Position numbers and translations under genes: made by a program
Part shown: in pieces, positions 6,907 through 13,958 of the stretch
How positions within the stretch are numbered: position 1 is the first letter of the stretch
How the letters are laid out: every line of letters begins with the position of its first letter
NCBI RefSeq assembly: GCF_029504745.1
Contig: NZ_JAQFIQ010000044.1
Span: forward strand, 1 to 18,897
Reading direction: 5' to 3'
Length of the DNA: 18,897 nt
Source: Breznakia sp. PF5-3
Lineage (GTDB): Bacteria > Bacillota_I > Bacilli_A > Erysipelotrichales > Erysipelotrichaceae
The notes under the pieces: generated by a model
What the model saw: only the letters and a program-made list of their open reading frames with translations
The model's database searches: none
What the model was told of the DNA's origin: nothing

Positions 6907-9411
6907 ATGATGAAAAGAAATAAGATTATCGGTGGTATAGCAGTTATAGCGCTTGTCGTTGGATTGTTTTTTACGAGTGTATATAGTGAAGAAGTACAAA
7001 ATGATGAACCAGAAGTAAGTGATGAAATATCAAATGAAAATACTCCTCCAGAAGAAGAGATAGATAGTGAATCTTCTGAGGAACCAATTGAAAATGAAGT
7101 AATTGACAATGAAGAATCCACACCTAGAGCAGACATTGTTAGATTGGCAGCAAATGAAACGGTTGTATATACATATGCTGATTTGAAGAGTACTCTTGAA
7201 TCGGCAACGGATGGTATCAATATGATTTATTTAGGTGCTGATATCACGATGTCAACAACCGGTATTAACGTAAGTGAAGCGAAGACAAATGTGACGATTG
7301 ATGGATCCTATAATGGTGTATCACATAAGATAATTGAAGCTCCAGCAGCTGTTCCTGCAAGTACGATTTATATCAATAAGAGTACAATTAAAAGTTTTAC
7401 TTTAAAAAATATGCATATTATTGGTATGAATTATTATGGAACGGTAAGTGTGGGAACATTAGCATCGAATGTGGATTTGATTTATGATTCAATTATATAC
7501 TATGGACCACAGATAACTTATAACCCTACAGGAAATGCTACTTATAAAGATTGTACAATTGCAATCGTAGCATCAAGTTCAAGTCCTGCAAATGAAGTAG
7601 CAGAGATTAGAAATGTAGATTTTTATGGGAATGTAAATCTTACCCATAGTAATGGAACAAGTATTTTTAATTTTTATGGAAATTCTACGATGACTTTTCA
7701 TGAAAATGCAAATGTAGTAGTAAATGCAGGTGGTAGTACGATGTTGTATAACTATGCAACTACAATTGATATGAAAGAAAATGCGAAATTTAAGTATGTT
7801 AGTAGTAGTCCAAAACTTAGTAGTGCAAATAATACGATTAAGTCTTTGACAATGGATAAAAATAGTGAATTTAATTTGCAGTTCAATGGAACGACAACCA
7901 TCGATCAAGCAGCACGTTTTAGTGGTGATGTAGTAATTGGTGAAGGGGCGAATTTTACCATAACTACACAAGGCGCTATTTCTGGTTACTTAATTTATGG
8001 AAGTACAGCATATAATTGGATATTGAATGGTGGAAATGTGAATTTAGTAACCAATGGGAATGTAGCTAATGTATTAAATGCGAAATCGATTATAATTAAC
8101 AGTGGTTCATTCAATATTAACAATGCCGTATCACAAGCCACAGGTGTAACCCTCAGTGGTGGATTGACAATCGAGAAAGATGGCTCTTATAAACAATATA
8201 GTAAAACAGCAAGCGCATATTCATTTAATGCTACAGGTACTACAGAAAGTGATGGAATCAATGTCAATGGTGGAAACTTTGATGTTTCAGCAAGTACGGT
8301 TACTGCTCAACATTTGATTGGTTCCACAATGCCATTTATGGTAAAATCAGACTCTACTGTGAATTTGAGTGCTGGTAGTGGGCCTGGAACATCACTAATC
8401 TATATGACGAATGCCAAAGGTTATATTGATATTGACAATCCAAAGAGTTTGTTCTTTTCGGCACCAGGACATCGTATCATTCAGTATACGGCTCTAAAAC
8501 CATTGAACTTGAAAGCACAACAGATAAACTTTTGGACAACATCTGTATTTCCAGGGGGGTCTGTATGGGATCCACCACATTATTATTGGGTTAAGAATGA
8601 TGATAGTGTTGATTATACGATAAATGGAAACTTAGCAGCAGGTACTGCAGGAAGGTATTTAAACATTACATCAAACTATGAAGACAATGATGGATCTAGT
8701 GGTAATCCAGCAGATGAATTCTTAATGTCATCGCTAAGTGCATTAGCAATGGGTAGATTATCATTAAATGTAAATCCACTATATGATGTGTCTACTGAAA
8801 TTAGTGGAACGACTGCACCAAATGGTATCATAAGGAGTGAATATGGAAACAATAGAGTGGAAGCTCATGCGGATGCCAATGGTAATTTCTCACAACCGGT
8901 ATCAGATTTACAAGTTGGTGATAAAGTAACAATTACAGCAAATGATGGGTATTATCTATATTATAAAAAAGAAGTTATTGTTGGTTTAGCTGGAGGATTA
9001 TCTTTTAAAGAAGTCCCATCAACATTAGCATTTCATACAACCGATCTTGCTTCAACAGCGAAAGTAGTAACCCGACAAATTAATGATTGGGCAATTAAAG
9101 TTGAAGATTTAAGAGCACAAAAGGTTGGGTGGAAAGTGTTGGCTCAATTGGAACAACCATTTATGGATGAAAATATGAGTGTTATCTCCGAACTAAAAAA
9201 TGCTCTTGTATTTGTAGATACTGATGGAAATGAGCATCCGCTTAGTTCTGATGAGCCAACACTAATCTATTCAACAACAGCAACAAGTGAACTTACAAAT
9301 ATTCATTGGGATACCAATAAAGGTATCTTGGCAAAGATATTTCCAGGTGCGCTTCACAGCAACACCGAATATAGTGCAAAAATAAGATGGGTATTACAAG
9401 ATGCTCCATAA
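6907..9411 (+). CDS. Large WxL domain-containing surface protein with an acidic linker and beta-helix-like (pectate-lyase-like adhesive) repeats (CscC-like)
   Basis: It has an N-terminal signal/TM segment, an E/D/S-rich stretch, and a long N/G/T/S-rich region with repetitive strand-like periodicity. The C-terminal WxL motifs are KVGWKVLAQLEQPF and KIRWVLQDAP. The start could be ATG 6910, which has better spacing to GGAGG at 6899-6903. Confidence 0.8.
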   Translation: MMKRNKIIGGIAVIALVVGLFFTSVYSEEVQNDEPEVSDEISNENTPPEEEIDSESSEEPIENEVIDNEESTPRADIVRLAANETVVYTYADLKSTLESATDGINMIYLGADITMSTTGINVSEAKTNVTIDGSYNGVSHKIIEAPAAVPASTIYINKSTIKSFTLKNMHIIGMNYYGTVSVGTLASNVDLIYDSIIYYGPQITYNPTGNATYKDCTIAIVASSSSPANEVAEIRNVDFYGNVNLTHSNGTSIFNFYGNSTMTFHENANVVVNAGGSTMLYNYATTIDMKENAKFKYVSSSPKLSSANNTIKSLTMDKNSEFNLQFNGTTTIDQAARFSGDVVIGEGANFTITTQGAISGYLIYGSTAYNWILNGGNVNLVTNGNVANVLNAKSIIINSGSFNINNAVSQATGVTLSGGLTIEKDGSYKQYSKTASAYSFNATGTTESDGINVNGGNFDVSASTVTAQHLIGSTMPFMVKSDSTVNLSAGSGPGTSLIYMTNAKGYIDIDNPKSLFFSAPGHRIIQYTALKPLNLKAQQINFWTTSVFPGGSVWDPPHYYWVKNDDSVDYTINGNLAAGTAGRYLNITSNYEDNDGSSGNPADEFLMSSLSALAMGRLSLNVNPLYDVSTEISGTTAPNGIIRSEYGNNRVEAHADANGNFSQPVSDLQVGDKVTITANDGYYLYYKKEVIVGLAGGLSFKEVPSTLAFHTTDLASTAKVVTRQINDWAIKVEDLRAQKVGWKVLAQLEQPFMDENMSVISELKNALVFVDTDGNEHPLSSDEPTLIYSTTATSELTNIHWDTNKGILAKIFPGALHSNTEYSAKIRWVLQDAP

Positions 9412-9417
9412 AAAAGA

Positions 9418-9457
9418 AGCTATAACGAAAGTATTATAAAGCGTTATGGCTTTTTTT
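9418..9457 (+). terminator. Rho-independent terminator of the WxL operon
   Basis: Stem AGCTATAACG (9418-9427) pairs with CGTTATGGCT (9442-9451) with one G-T wobble. It is followed by a T7 run. Confidence 0.7.
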
Positions 9458-9473
9458 GTATTATAATGAAGAT

Positions 9474-9938
9474 ATGAAACTTGAAAGTAGACGTTGTACA
9501 ATTCGTGAATTTAAACGACAAGATATCGATGCTTTTATGGAATATCGAAATAATGATTCATGGATGAAGTATCAAGGATTTAAAAATCTTACCAAAAAAC
9601 AATATGAAGAAGCTTTACTGAAAGATCTTGATTTTAAAGAAGGAGCACAATTGGTGATTACTCATACAAGGGATGCTGTGGTAATCGGAGATATTTATTT
9701 AAAAGCAGAAGATGACAGTGTTTGGATTGGTTATACAATCCATCCTACCTATGCTCGTCAAGGATATGTGAAAGAAGCATTAACAACCATTTTTTGGTGG
9801 TTGAAAAATCAAGGGATTCATAAGGTAAAGGCAAGTGTGTTAAAAGAGAATGTGAATTCTATAGCGTTATTAAAGAAATTAGGGTTTCTATTTTCTGGGA
9901 TAGAAGAAGATGAGGAAATCTATCTAAAAACATTATGA
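9474..9938 (+). CDS. GNAT family N-acetyltransferase (RimJ/RimL-like)
   Basis: The protein is about 155 aa with RCTIREFKRQDIDAFMEYRNN at the N-terminus and ARQGYVKEALTTIFWWL...GIHKVKASVLKENVNSIALLKKLGF, the acetyl-CoA binding-region pattern. The track start is a TTG at 9456 inside the terminator T-run, so I prefer the ATG at 9474. Confidence 0.72.
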   Translation: MKLESRRCTIREFKRQDIDAFMEYRNNDSWMKYQGFKNLTKKQYEEALLKDLDFKEGAQLVITHTRDAVVIGDIYLKAEDDSVWIGYTIHPTYARQGYVKEALTTIFWWLKNQGIHKVKASVLKENVNSIALLKKLGFLFSGIEEDEEIYLKTL

Positions 9939-9980
9939 TAAGTAGTGATAGAACAACTTGTGTGTAGAAAGAGGATGAGG

Positions 9981-10301
9981 ATGTATTATATTTATATGAT
10001 TCGTTGTAGTGATGATTCTATTTATACAGGAATTACCAATGATATAGATAAGCGAATGAAAGAGCATTATTATAAATTAAAACAAGCAGCAAAATATACA
10101 AAAACCAGGGATGTAGTAAGTTTGGATGCACTTTGGACAGCGGAAAATCGAAGCTTAGCTTCTAAGTTGGAATACTATTTAAAAAAGCTTAGTAAACAAG
10201 AGAAAGAAGTTCTTATTAAAGATCCTTTACAACTTCCTTGTGAAGAATATGAGTATCAAAAAGATATTACCTTGGAAAAGTGTTTAAAAAAAGAAGCTTA
10301 A
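9981..10301 (+). CDS. GIY-YIG nuclease-family protein (UPF0213 / YhbQ-YazA-like)
   Basis: MYYIYMIRCSDDSIYTGITNDIDKRMKEHY is a canonical GIY-YIG N-terminus. AGAGGA lies about 6 nt upstream of the ATG at 9981. The track's GTG start at 9945 adds a non-conserved extension. Confidence 0.8.
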   Translation: MYYIYMIRCSDDSIYTGITNDIDKRMKEHYYKLKQAAKYTKTRDVVSLDALWTAENRSLASKLEYYLKKLSKQEKEVLIKDPLQLPCEEYEYQKDITLEKCLKKEA

Positions 10302-10336
10302 TACATGATAGTGATAATACACATCATGTATTTTAT
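10300..10336 (+). terminator. Probable terminator after the GIY-YIG gene
   Basis: The 10-bp stem AATACATGAT (10300-10309) pairs with ATCATGTATT (10323-10332), followed by TTAT. The T-tail is weak. Confidence 0.45.
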
Positions 10337-10340
10337 AGTA

Positions 10341-10367
10341 TTTGATATAAGCACAGCTTATATCAAA
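10341..10367. repeat. Perfect 12-bp inverted repeat with a 3-nt loop
   Basis: The sequence is TTTGATATAAGC aca GCTTATATCAAA. No T-run follows, and it lies about 40 bp upstream of a TATAAT box at 10405-10410. Confidence 0.6.
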
Positions 10368-10445
10368 TGATGAATTATTAATTTCACTTCTAGGTGAATA
10401 TACCTTATAATTGACTTGTAGTGCGACAGCAGAAAGGAACTGAGT

Positions 10446-11636
10446 ATGGAAAGAAAAATAGGAACTGTATCAAGAGGAGTTCGTTGTCCAATCATTAGAG
10501 AAGGCGATGATTTAGCAAAAATTGTAGTGGATAGTGTTTTAGACGCTGCGCTTAGTGAAGGCTTTGAATTGCGTGATAAAGATGTAATCGCAGTAACAGA
10601 ATCGATTGTAGCAAGAGCACAAGGAAATTATGCTAGTATCGATGCGATTGCCAAAGATGTAAAAGCAAAATTAGGAGGAGAAACGATTGGGGTTATTTTT
10701 CCTATTCTTTCAAGAAATAGATTTTCTATTTGTTTAAAAGGGATTGCAAAAGGAGCTAAGAAAGTAGTATTAATGCTTAGTTATCCAAGTGATGAAGTAG
10801 GGAATGCCCTTTTAACATATGATATGTTGGATGAAGCAAATGTAAATCCATATAGTGATGTATTGGATTTAAAAAGATATCGTGAATTGTTTGGAAATAA
10901 TAAACATGAATTTACGGGTGTAGACTATATTGATTACTATAGTGATTTGATTAAAGCTGAAGGTGCAGAAGTGGAAATTGTATTTGCGAATAATCCAAAA
11001 GCAATTTTAAACTATACAAAAGATGTATTGACATGTGATATACATACTAGAAATAGAACGAAACGTATTTTAAAAGAGAATGGTGCGAATCGAGTATGTG
11101 GATTGGATGATATTTTAAATGCACCAGTGGATGGTAGTGGATATAATTCTAAGTATGGTTTGTTGGGTTCTAATAAATCAACGGAAGATACAATAAAATT
11201 ATTTCCTAATGAATGTTTTGATTTTGTAGAAGCTATTCAAGTTCAAATAAAAGATAAAACAGGTAAGCATGTGGAAGTAATGGTATATGGAGATGGAGCG
11301 TTTAAAGATCCTCAAGGTAAGATATGGGAGTTAGCAGATCCAGTTGTTTCTCCTGCTTATACTAAAGGACTTGAAGGAACACCAAATGAAGTGAAATTGA
11401 AGTATTTGGCAGATAATGATTTTAAACATTTAGATGGTGAAGAATTAAAAGCTGCTATCTCAAAGCGTATTAAAGAAAAAGATGAAGATTTAGTTGGTGA
11501 TATGGCGGCCCAAGGGACAACACCAAGACAATTAACGGATTTGATTGGATCGCTTTGTGATTTAACAAGTGGATCTGGTGATAAAGGTACACCAATCGTA
11601 TTAGTACAAGGTTATTTCGATAACTATACGGAGTAA
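10446..11636 (+). CDS. CofE-like protein (F420-0:gamma-glutamyl ligase fold, PF01996-like); function unknown in this context
   Basis: LRDKDVIAVTESIVARAQGNYASI resembles the CofE N-terminal DGD-(I/V)-V-x-SK-(I/V)-V-SKAEGR segment. LLGSNKS...LFPNE...HVEVMVYGDGAFKDP resembles the core NAGID-SN / LLP / ...D..gR region. The assignment is from memory of the family, not a search. Confidence 0.5.
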   Translation: MERKIGTVSRGVRCPIIREGDDLAKIVVDSVLDAALSEGFELRDKDVIAVTESIVARAQGNYASIDAIAKDVKAKLGGETIGVIFPILSRNRFSICLKGIAKGAKKVVLMLSYPSDEVGNALLTYDMLDEANVNPYSDVLDLKRYRELFGNNKHEFTGVDYIDYYSDLIKAEGAEVEIVFANNPKAILNYTKDVLTCDIHTRNRTKRILKENGANRVCGLDDILNAPVDGSGYNSKYGLLGSNKSTEDTIKLFPNECFDFVEAIQVQIKDKTGKHVEVMVYGDGAFKDPQGKIWELADPVVSPAYTKGLEGTPNEVKLKYLADNDFKHLDGEELKAAISKRIKEKDEDLVGDMAAQGTTPRQLTDLIGSLCDLTSGSGDKGTPIVLVQGYFDNYTE

Positions 11637-11647
11637 AGGGGAATACT

Positions 11648-12940
11648 ATGAAACAAGATATGATCGTAATATTAGATTTAGGAAGTATCGAGAATACAAC
11701 ATTAGCAAGAGCTATTCGTGATCTTGGTGTATATAGTGAGATTTATCCACATGATATCACTATTGAAAAGTTAAAAGCATTACCTAATGTAAAGGGAATT
11801 GTGTTAAATGGTGGTGAAAATAGAGTCGTAGATGGAAGTGCTGTAGATGTAGATCCAGCAATTTATGATTTACAAATTCCAGTTATTGCAATTGATCATC
11901 CAAGTGCAAAGTGTGATGTTACTTTTTCTACATTGCCAAGTGAAGCAGAATTAAAAACATTTGTTTTTGATACATGTAAAGCAGAAGCAAATTGGAATAT
12001 GAAAAACTTTGTAGCAGATCAAATAGAACTTGTTAGAGAACAGGTAAAAGATAAAAAAGTATTGTTGGCTTTATCTGGTGGAGTAGATTCATCAGTAGTT
12101 GCTGCACTACTAATTAAGGCGATTGGGAAGCAATTAGTTTGTGTACATGTAAATCATGGTTTGATGCGTAAAGGTGAATCAGAAGACGTTGTAGAGGTCT
12201 TTAGAAACCAATTGGATGCAAACTTAATCTATGTAGATGCAAGTGAAAGATTTTTAGGTAAATTAGCTGGTGTTGCAGACCCAGAAGAAAAACGTAAGAT
12301 TATTGGAAATGAGTTTGTCTATGTCTTTGATGAAGAGGCAAAGAAGCTAGAAGGAATTGACTTTTTAGCACAAGGAACCATTTATCCTGATATTGTAGAA
12401 TCTGGAACAAAAACCGCAAAGATGGTGAAATCACACCATAATGTTGGTGGCTTACCAGAAGGTATGAAGTTTGAATTGGTAGAACCACTATATCAATTGT
12501 TTAAAGATGAAGTAAGAGCTTGTGGTATTGAGTTGGGATTACCACCACACATGGTGTATCGTCAACCATTCCCAGGACCAGGACTTGGGGTACGTTGCTT
12601 AGGAGCAATTAGTAAGGAACGTTTAGAAGCAGTTAGAGAATCCGATGCAATTTTAAGAGAAGAATTTGAAAAAGCAGGATTAGATAAAAAAGTATGGCAA
12701 TACTTTACCGTAGTACCTGATTTCAAATCAGTGGGTGTTAAAAACAATGAACGTTGTTTTGAATATCCAGTGATTCTACGTGCAGTAAATACGATTGATG
12801 CAATGACGGCTACAATTGAATTACTAGATTGGGAAGTGTTATTAAAAGTAACTGATCGTATTCTAAAAGAAGTTGATAATGTAAATCGTGTATTATATGA
12901 TTTATCACCAAAACCAACTGCTACGATTGAGTGGGAATAA
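11648..12940 (+). CDS. guaA: GMP synthase (ATP-pyrophosphatase and dimerisation domains intact; N-terminal GATase domain vestigial)
   Basis: PP-loop LALSGGVDSSV, AQGTIYPDIVESG, KSHHNVGGLP, RQPFPGPGLGVR and the C-terminal PTATIEWE are all canonical GuaA. The protein is 430 aa against roughly 510-525 for typical bacterial GuaA. It starts 11 nt after the upstream CofE-like gene. Confidence 0.88.
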   Translation: MKQDMIVILDLGSIENTTLARAIRDLGVYSEIYPHDITIEKLKALPNVKGIVLNGGENRVVDGSAVDVDPAIYDLQIPVIAIDHPSAKCDVTFSTLPSEAELKTFVFDTCKAEANWNMKNFVADQIELVREQVKDKKVLLALSGGVDSSVVAALLIKAIGKQLVCVHVNHGLMRKGESEDVVEVFRNQLDANLIYVDASERFLGKLAGVADPEEKRKIIGNEFVYVFDEEAKKLEGIDFLAQGTIYPDIVESGTKTAKMVKSHHNVGGLPEGMKFELVEPLYQLFKDEVRACGIELGLPPHMVYRQPFPGPGLGVRCLGAISKERLEAVRESDAILREEFEKAGLDKKVWQYFTVVPDFKSVGVKNNERCFEYPVILRAVNTIDAMTATIELLDWEVLLKVTDRILKEVDNVNRVLYDLSPKPTATIEWE

Positions 12941-12941
12941 T
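12930..12941. repeat. Candidate attL core (overlaps the guaA terminal codons and stop)
   Basis: AGTGGGAATAAT covers the codons (ga)G TGG GAA TAA. It matches 17781-17792 at 11 of 12 positions. Confidence 0.5.
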
Positions 12942-12954
12942 CCCAAAACGACAA

Positions 12955-12982
12955 AAAGACCGATGAAATCGGTCTTTTTTTG
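12955..12982. terminator. Bidirectional rho-independent terminator
   Basis: Stem AAAGACCGAT (12955-12964), loop GAA, stem ATCGGTCTTT, then a T-run. An A-run upstream lets it also serve the minus-strand XRE/TM operon. Confidence 0.8.
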
Positions 12983-13024
12983 ATGCTATGGTATCAAATG
13001 ATACTACTTTGATACTATTTTATT

Positions 13025-13372
13025 CTATTTTCTAAAAGAGAATGTATTTTTCAATTTCTTGTATTCATATAAATACCAAACAATAAATAGGACATAAGAA
13101 AGGAGAATAATAAAAACAAAAAGAGTGTTATCAGTGATTACTATATCAACTATGAATGGTAAGTTTATTACCACACCTAAACTAATTAATAACTTTTTTA
13201 CTAATTGATTTGATTTATTCCAAAAATCATCTTGCTGTGGTTTTGATAATTTATCATAGAAATCAAAATCATTAAAGATAAGCCGACTATTTTTATCTTT
13301 AGATATTCGCATTTTGTATATTAGAAATGCAATTAACCAGTAGATAATGTTAATTAATACAAAAGTAAGCAT
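13025..13372 (-). CDS. Small integral membrane protein, 3 predicted TM segments, unknown function
   Basis: The hydrophobic segments are LTFVLINIIYWLIAFLIY, LLISLGVVINLPFIVDIVI and LFVFIILLSYVLFIVWYLY. It lies 51 nt downstream of the XRE repressor on the same strand. I recognise no family. Confidence 0.6.
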   Translation of the reverse strand: MLTFVLINIIYWLIAFLIYKMRISKDKNSRLIFNDFDFYDKLSKPQQDDFWNKSNQLVKKLLISLGVVINLPFIVDIVITDNTLFVFIILLSYVLFIVWYLYEYKKLKNTFSFRK

Positions 13373-13423
13373 TTATATCACATCCTTTTATTGAATTCAT
13401 TATTTGAATAATTGAAGTGCATT

Positions 13424-13912
13424 CTATTTACGCCATGAATGTTTGCGTACATCATCACAAGTATTGGGCCAGTTTAATTTCCATTCTTGGTATTCATCGT
13501 TATCAATAATGCCATCCTCTAGTTCCTGTTTTCTTAACTTCCATTCTTTTAAAAAGACTTGAACTGTTGGATAGCGAACCAGTAGACCAATTTCTTGAGG
13601 ACGATCAAAATCATCGTTTCTACTAGCTTGATAATTAATAAGTTCAATAGGGAACTCGTCATCCAATTCAAATAGTGTACTAATAATATTTTCGGCGTTT
13701 GAAAAAGGAACATCTTTAAGCATTAATGGATTTACATCAAGAGTTTTTGCAATCTTGTTTAAAGTATCTTCCTTAGGTACTCGAGTACCAGATTCGTATT
13801 GTGCCATTCTAATATCGGCACTCTTATCGTCAAATCCAATTGCTAGACCCAATTCCTTTAAAGTCATATTTCGAAAAAGACGTGCATTCTTAATTTTAGA
13901 GCCAACAGACAT
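13424..13912 (-). CDS. XRE-family HTH repressor of the element
   Basis: KIKNARLFRNMTLKELGLAIGF...IRMAQYESGTRVPKEDTLNKIAKTLDVNPLML is an HTH_3 motif, followed by a C-terminal domain of about 95 aa. A GAGGAA RBS is present. It is divergent from xis-int across an operator-rich region. Confidence 0.82.
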   Translation of the reverse strand: MSVGSKIKNARLFRNMTLKELGLAIGFDDKSADIRMAQYESGTRVPKEDTLNKIAKTLDVNPLMLKDVPFSNAENIISTLFELDDEFPIELINYQASRNDDFDRPQEIGLLVRYPTVQVFLKEWKLRKQELEDGIIDNDEYQEWKLNWPNTCDDVRKHSWRK

Positions 13913-13958
13913 AAATATTCCTCACTTTCAAAAACAGTATAGCATATAATTTTACGAC

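Noticed and set aside
6295-7971. Three minus-strand ORFs (6295-6483, 6843-7220, 7579-7971) within the WxL cluster
   Set aside because: All are antisense to well-supported surface-protein genes. They encode low-complexity, Ser/Ile/Cys-rich sequence typical of reverse-frame artefacts in A/T-rich DNA.
9474-10301. GNAT plus GIY-YIG as a toxin-antitoxin or defence pair
   Set aside because: The GNAT looks RimJ/RimL-like rather than TacT/AtaT-like. No RHH/DUF1778 antitoxin is present. The GIY-YIG protein matches the widespread housekeeping UPF0213 family. The adjacency alone is not evidence.
10302-10445. Possible purine/guanine riboswitch ahead of the guaA-containing operon
   Set aside because: I looked for the conserved purine-riboswitch core elements (three-way junction with the UAUAAU..., GUUUCUACC and CCGUAAA-type segments) and found none. 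The region contains only hairpins and a promoter-like TATAAT.
12300-12954. Two minus-strand ORFs (12300-12488, 12562-12954) inside guaA
   Set aside because: They are antisense to the strongly conserved GuaA synthetase domain and are shadow ORFs.
13008-13016. Alternative att core TTTGATACT, repeated at 17834-17842, giving element bounds of about 13008-17845
   Set aside because: A 9-nt match is not unlikely by chance in A/T-rich DNA. It would also leave two tandem terminators after guaA. The 11/12 repeat spanning the guaA stop codon fits the known guaA 3'-end targeting better. It is not excluded, and empty-site comparison would decide.
13755-13949. 64-aa plus-strand ORF overlapping the IME repressor gene start
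   Set aside because: It is antisense to the XRE repressor HTH region and runs through its promoter and RBS. It has no RBS of its own.
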